Shown: in pieces, positions 59,738 through 64,000 of the stretch
Numbering within the stretch: position 1 is the stretch's first letter
Layout of the letters: every line of letters starts with the position of its first letter
Assembly (NCBI GenBank): GCA_976551045.1
Contig: CDPCPM010000026.1
Location: forward strand, 6,696,001 to 6,760,000
Source of the DNA: Glaucostegus cemiculus
Lineage: Eukaryota
Direction: 5' to 3'
Length of the DNA stretch: 64,000 nucleotides
Program-made: the position numbers and the translations under genes
Notes under the pieces: generated by a model
The model's input: only the letters and a program-made list of their open reading frames with translations
Told to the model about the DNA's origin: nothing
Databases searched by the model: none

Positions 59738-60146
59738 AAGAATGATATTACATAGCACCTATCATGTCCCTTTCAGAAATATCCTGGAGAATGTTACATC
59801 TCATGAAGTACTTTTGAAGTATAGTCATGGTTATAAAGTGGGAAATACGACAACCAACTTGTGCAGAATAAAAGCAATGCAATAATGATCAGATAATTTC
59901 TTTTAGGGATCTAAATTATGAGATAAATATTAGTCAGAGTACCGGGCATAATTCACCAACTCCGTATTGTAAGAACTTTTACATCAACCTAGAAAACAGA
60001 TGGTCCTCTGTTTAAGGACTCATCTGAAAGATACCACATTTAACACTGAAGCACTCCCTCAGTACTGGAGGTTTACCCTAGGTTTTTGTGTTTAAATCTC
60101 TAGAACTGTTGTAACCATCTAACTCAGAGCTACAGCTGATACCAAC
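59738..60146 (-). mobile_element. Deu-domain SINE (SacSINE1-like), near full length
   Basis: CTCATCTGAAAGA...GCACTCCCTCAGTACTG and GATAAATATT (Deu domain, reverse strand), plus L2-like tail GAAGTACTTTTGAAGTATAGTCA. Confidence 0.75.
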
Positions 60147-60239
60147 AAGATTAAATGCATCAACAATCACACCTTTTATAGGAATGGCAAGAAAACTCGT
60201 ATTCTCGACTTGAATATTGTGCTGGCAAAATGCAAAAGG

Positions 60240-60520
60240 ACCCAGTATCTGCAGTCCCTCTAATATCTGTGCACCTTTGGCAGCCAAATGGCTGATGTTA
60301 CAGATGTTCCCTGCCATAACCTGGAAGTGCCCCCGGCACAAAATGTAAGGGTTATGGTTGTTTTGACAGTCCCTGTTCATGCTGTCCCCATGTTTGAGGT
60401 TGTCATAGCTCTTTGCAAATAAGATGCTACAGATGTGTAACTGACTCTGAGCCTCCAGCAATAGAAAACTGTGCCTCGGGATGTGAAGTCAATAGGTGGA
60501 TATTGGCAAGCCCCGGACAC
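60240..60520 (-). pseudogene. PIF/Harbinger transposase N-terminal remnant
   Basis: CWRLR..SVTHL.HLICKEL, TVKTTITLTFCAG, then FQVMAGNICNISHLAA (ORF 60078-60461) resembles 'CxRRLRF..V..LC.LL...VKV..AL.F.A.GSFQ...GDIC.ISQ.A'. Confidence 0.65.
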
Positions 60521-63209
60521 TGCACCGCTGGTTCTAACTGGCAACCTCCCTCAGATTCTCCTTGCCCTTATTTACGACTGCCACTGGCATAATTCTGTAT
60601 GCCAGCAGCATTTTGCAAACTTTGATGATGACAAAACTAGATTAGTCTCAAAGCAAAGCTGCCCCAGATCTGTTACAAGCATTATCCTAAATTTATAACA
60701 CAACACATGTATTTCTATGAATAACATTTGCAAAAAGTGTTTTTGTGCTCAAAAAGAGTTGCAATCAATAAGCATTCTTAATGAGCTACCTGTACATCGA
60801 TAACCTTTGAACTCCGGATGGATTATATTGAGGGCTGCAGTGTCATTTCTGTTTATCTCTCAATTGCACTGTTTGGAATAATTTTCATCTGATACACTAT
60901 TTCTTGTGCCAATGATCCAGGATCTGAGACATAAGTTTTAACCAATTCAAAAGAGACAGGCTGCCTGGATTCCTGGCATATGATAATACCTGATACCTAT
61001 TTCACATAGGTAGTATCTGAACGTTTTGAAGCATTTCCCTAAGCTGGCAAGTAATTGTGCTTTTTGCCTTAAGTGCCAGTGATGATTAGATTTGATATGC
61101 AGATTTTTTTATGACACAGTATGTATTTCAAGTTACAATATGTGCTCCAAAGTTCTGTAACAGTTCCTAACCGATACTCAGTGTGTGAGGTACACTGTGC
61201 TCAGCCACAGAAACTGTTGTCTTCTTTCACTCAATTATCTTTCAAATGCGATATAGTCACTACAGTTTTAAGACTATGCTGATTATTGGTACAATAATAA
61301 AATGGCAAGACAAACTTTTTGAGACAAGCAAGCGTGAGAGAAGTGAATTAACATTACCTAAGGTATAATCATGCTTTTTAACTGATTGGATATTTCAAAT
61401 GTTTGTGCTGATTCAGATTCCTTGCATTGTTGGAAACTTGCCAACTTCTGCAACCCTATTGCTTCAAGACATCACCAGAAAGGATTCATATTACTTACAG
61501 AAAAGGGGAAAAATGTACGGATTTCTTTTATCAGACCTGATATTATTGTAGTAACCCATGAATGTAATAATAATACTTTCTGTGATTTGAACCAGATAGC
61601 CTTGTCTTATGCACATCAAACATCCTGAAGTTGATTTTGTTAATATTTGGTAAACCAAAGCATCAAACTATTAAGCTGCTTTATTTCATTGTGTGTGATT
61701 GTAATGTGATCAAAAACCATAGTTACATTCACTTATTTGCAAGTATCTTGCAAATTATCATTACTTAATAACAGAAAATAAAGAGCAGGCCATGATTCCC
61801 CACATCAGTAGGTTCCCTTCCATAACTTAAAATAACTGTCCTGCATTCTGACTTTCAGTGAAGTGGATAGACATTCTCTCTCTGCAGTTTCGAACTACTG
61901 CCTCCCCTCCATCCCAAACATATACACAGGGGCAGAACTAAGTAGCCTAACTTGGCAATGACTCCTGCTGTGTTCAAATAAATAGAGTTGTCGCAGCAGC
62001 AATGATTGTGAGTGATCACTCGAATGTTAAGCTATCTTTCATTGTTTACACCACACTGGCTCAGACATCCCATTGGAATTCAAATTTACATTTTCCAGCC
62101 CTGCTCTCCTGTGACATTGATAACCAATGATAAATATATACTCAGCACAGTGTTCCAGTCAAGTGATGGGGATTTATTTCTTTTATTATCTAGTGTGTAA
62201 ATTTTGACTGCTTAAATTGGCATGGTGCTGGCCCTTGGTGTTTGTGCTTTGTTTTACATTGTGGAATCTAACCTAAAACACCTGTAAGGTCTCCACAAAT
62301 GCACTTGGGTATGGTATATATATATCATATGCAGGGCAGGCAACTTTTACTGCTTCCAAATTGAGTCTTCGTTCTCCTGTGTGTTTCATTCAGTGTCTTT
62401 GTTACATTGTTATGAAGCAGGTACGCAGCTCTTGTCCAATACGATCACAGATCCACACAGATAGATAATCAGGGAACAGTATTATGCAGTGTATAGAAAC
62501 TAGTCTACTCCCTTCTGCTTCTAAAGAAGGGTAATTTTGCCTGCACCCCTCTTACACTGTCAAGAGTGTGGTACCAATAATTTATTAATGTACATATTTC
62601 AATAATTATACATGGTATTCATTTTAAAAATTAACAACTATAAATCTTGTTCAGTCACTGGCTTTAGGAGTTTTTATGATCAACTGCAGATTTGGTTATC
62701 TTCTGGGCTGTTTGGTTCTGCAAATGAACTCTGAGAAAGTTCTATTTCTTTGCTGAACTTGCTTGGATTTAGAGCTTCACTTCCTGACACCATCACTCTG
62801 TTCAACTTGGTCTCAGTTTATGATTAAGTGCTTCACCATCCAGGCTTGGTTCATCCCCATCAGGGTGGGTGGAATTTGTCACCAAATTCAACTAATTATC
62901 TCTTGGTTCTGCAAGCCTCAACCATAGGTCTTACTTCCCTCTTGATTGAGCCTGATGTGCAATGGGAGGATGAGGCTGAGACCACAAATGCATTTTACTT
63001 GGCCCTGCAATCTTCCCTTCATCAAGAGTTCTGCAGCTGCACATATACAATGGTAATGTGTGGAGTGGTTCTGTGCTTCAAAAAATTGGCCAAGTTTTAC
63101 GCCACGCTGAATCTTAAATCTCCCTGCAACACTTAATTGCTTGCAGAATCCTTTAACTTAGATGTCAACTCATCTACAGTAGTGGCACACAAACCCATGT
63201 GCTAACACT

Positions 63210-63517
63210 AATGGGAGAATTTTGAATGAGGGGACACAGTTACAAGATAAGGGGGTAATTATTTAAAGCTGAGGTATGTAGGAACATTTTCTCACAGAGC
63301 GTGGTGAATCTCTGGAAGTCTCTACGTTGGAGGGCTGTGGAGACTAGGTCATTTTGGGGGATTTAAAGAAGGGGAAACATTTTGGAAATATCAGGGTATT
63401 AAAGGCGATGGGGAACTGGCACAGAAGAGGAGGTGAGTCCTGGGGCAGGTCAGCCCTGATAGTTTTGAATGGCAGAGCAGCCTTGAGGGGTCCAGTAGCC
63501 CACTCCTGCTCCTATTT
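63210..63517 (+). mobile_element. CR1 3' fragment
   Basis: AGGGGACACAGTTACAAGATAAGGGG (RGHSYKIRG), TTCTCACAGAGCGTGGTGAATCTCTGG (FSQSVVNLW), and 3'UTR ending CTCCTGCTCCTATTT. Confidence 0.88.
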
Positions 63518-64000
63518 AGTTCATTTTGTGACAATCTGTCTGAATCAGGAATTTCTCATTTCATTTTTCACAAAAGTCTACGTCAGTCTCTGGAAAGGTT
63601 TGGTTAGCCATGACATGGTTTTGGATGCCTTGTTCCTACAATTTTGACAATTTGTTTATCAATGATTCAGCATAAAACACCACCCAAATTGGGACAATGA
63701 GCAACGTTTCTTGCAATTGCTTTCATGCTGACTGTCCCTGTATATTTAGTATAGAATTCAAAATCATCAGCCAAAATCATTTCTGTCAGAGTCCACCATT
63801 CCATGAACATTATGTAATGCACCACTTCTCACGTGACAGCTCATGGTGACAAGTATGGAATGGTTTCAGTTCCTGTTCTATACTTTGGTTATCTTCTTTC
63901 CATAGACCCTTTACAACAGTGGATCTTGTCTGATTTCAGATGCCATAACAGGAATGTCACATTGACTGCATTTAATATGTAAATTGTCTTTCACAACCAG

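Overview
AT-rich, CpG-depleted, non-coding vertebrate DNA with no recognisable host protein-coding exon. The repeats include V-SINE/HE1-type SINEs with CR1 tails, Deu-domain SINEs, many CR1 3' fragments, and L2, Rex1/Babar, RTE, L1 and Penelope-type pieces. Together they point to a cartilaginous fish (shark or ray; inference). The window looks like a gene desert or very large intron. TE-dense blocks (about 7.9-28.9 kb, 33.9-35.4 kb, 42-47.3 kb, 55-60.5 kb) alternate with TE-poor, CNE-like blocks (about 1-5.6 kb, 29-32.9 kb, 47.3-55.3 kb). Nearly all ORFs in the track are TE fragments or chance. Points worth a second look: (1) a nearly full-length but decayed PIF/Harbinger transposase read across frameshifts at 56.3-57.4 kb and split by a young SINE, plus two more Harbinger fragments; (2) Penelope-type termini with decayed hammerhead-ribozyme-like cores and a 130-bp hairpin derivative; (3) three V-SINE subfamilies sharing a head and V-domain but carrying different LINE-like tails; (4) a young L1 with a 15-bp TSD; (5) a consensus CTCF motif inside an old SINE-like repeat; (6) a CpG-retaining hairpin at 40.55 kb; (7) an old local duplication dated by a SINE insertion; (8) weak candidate non-coding exons. 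I found no convincing novel multi-gene system. Family names come from motif recognition, not database searches, and boundaries of old elements are approximate.
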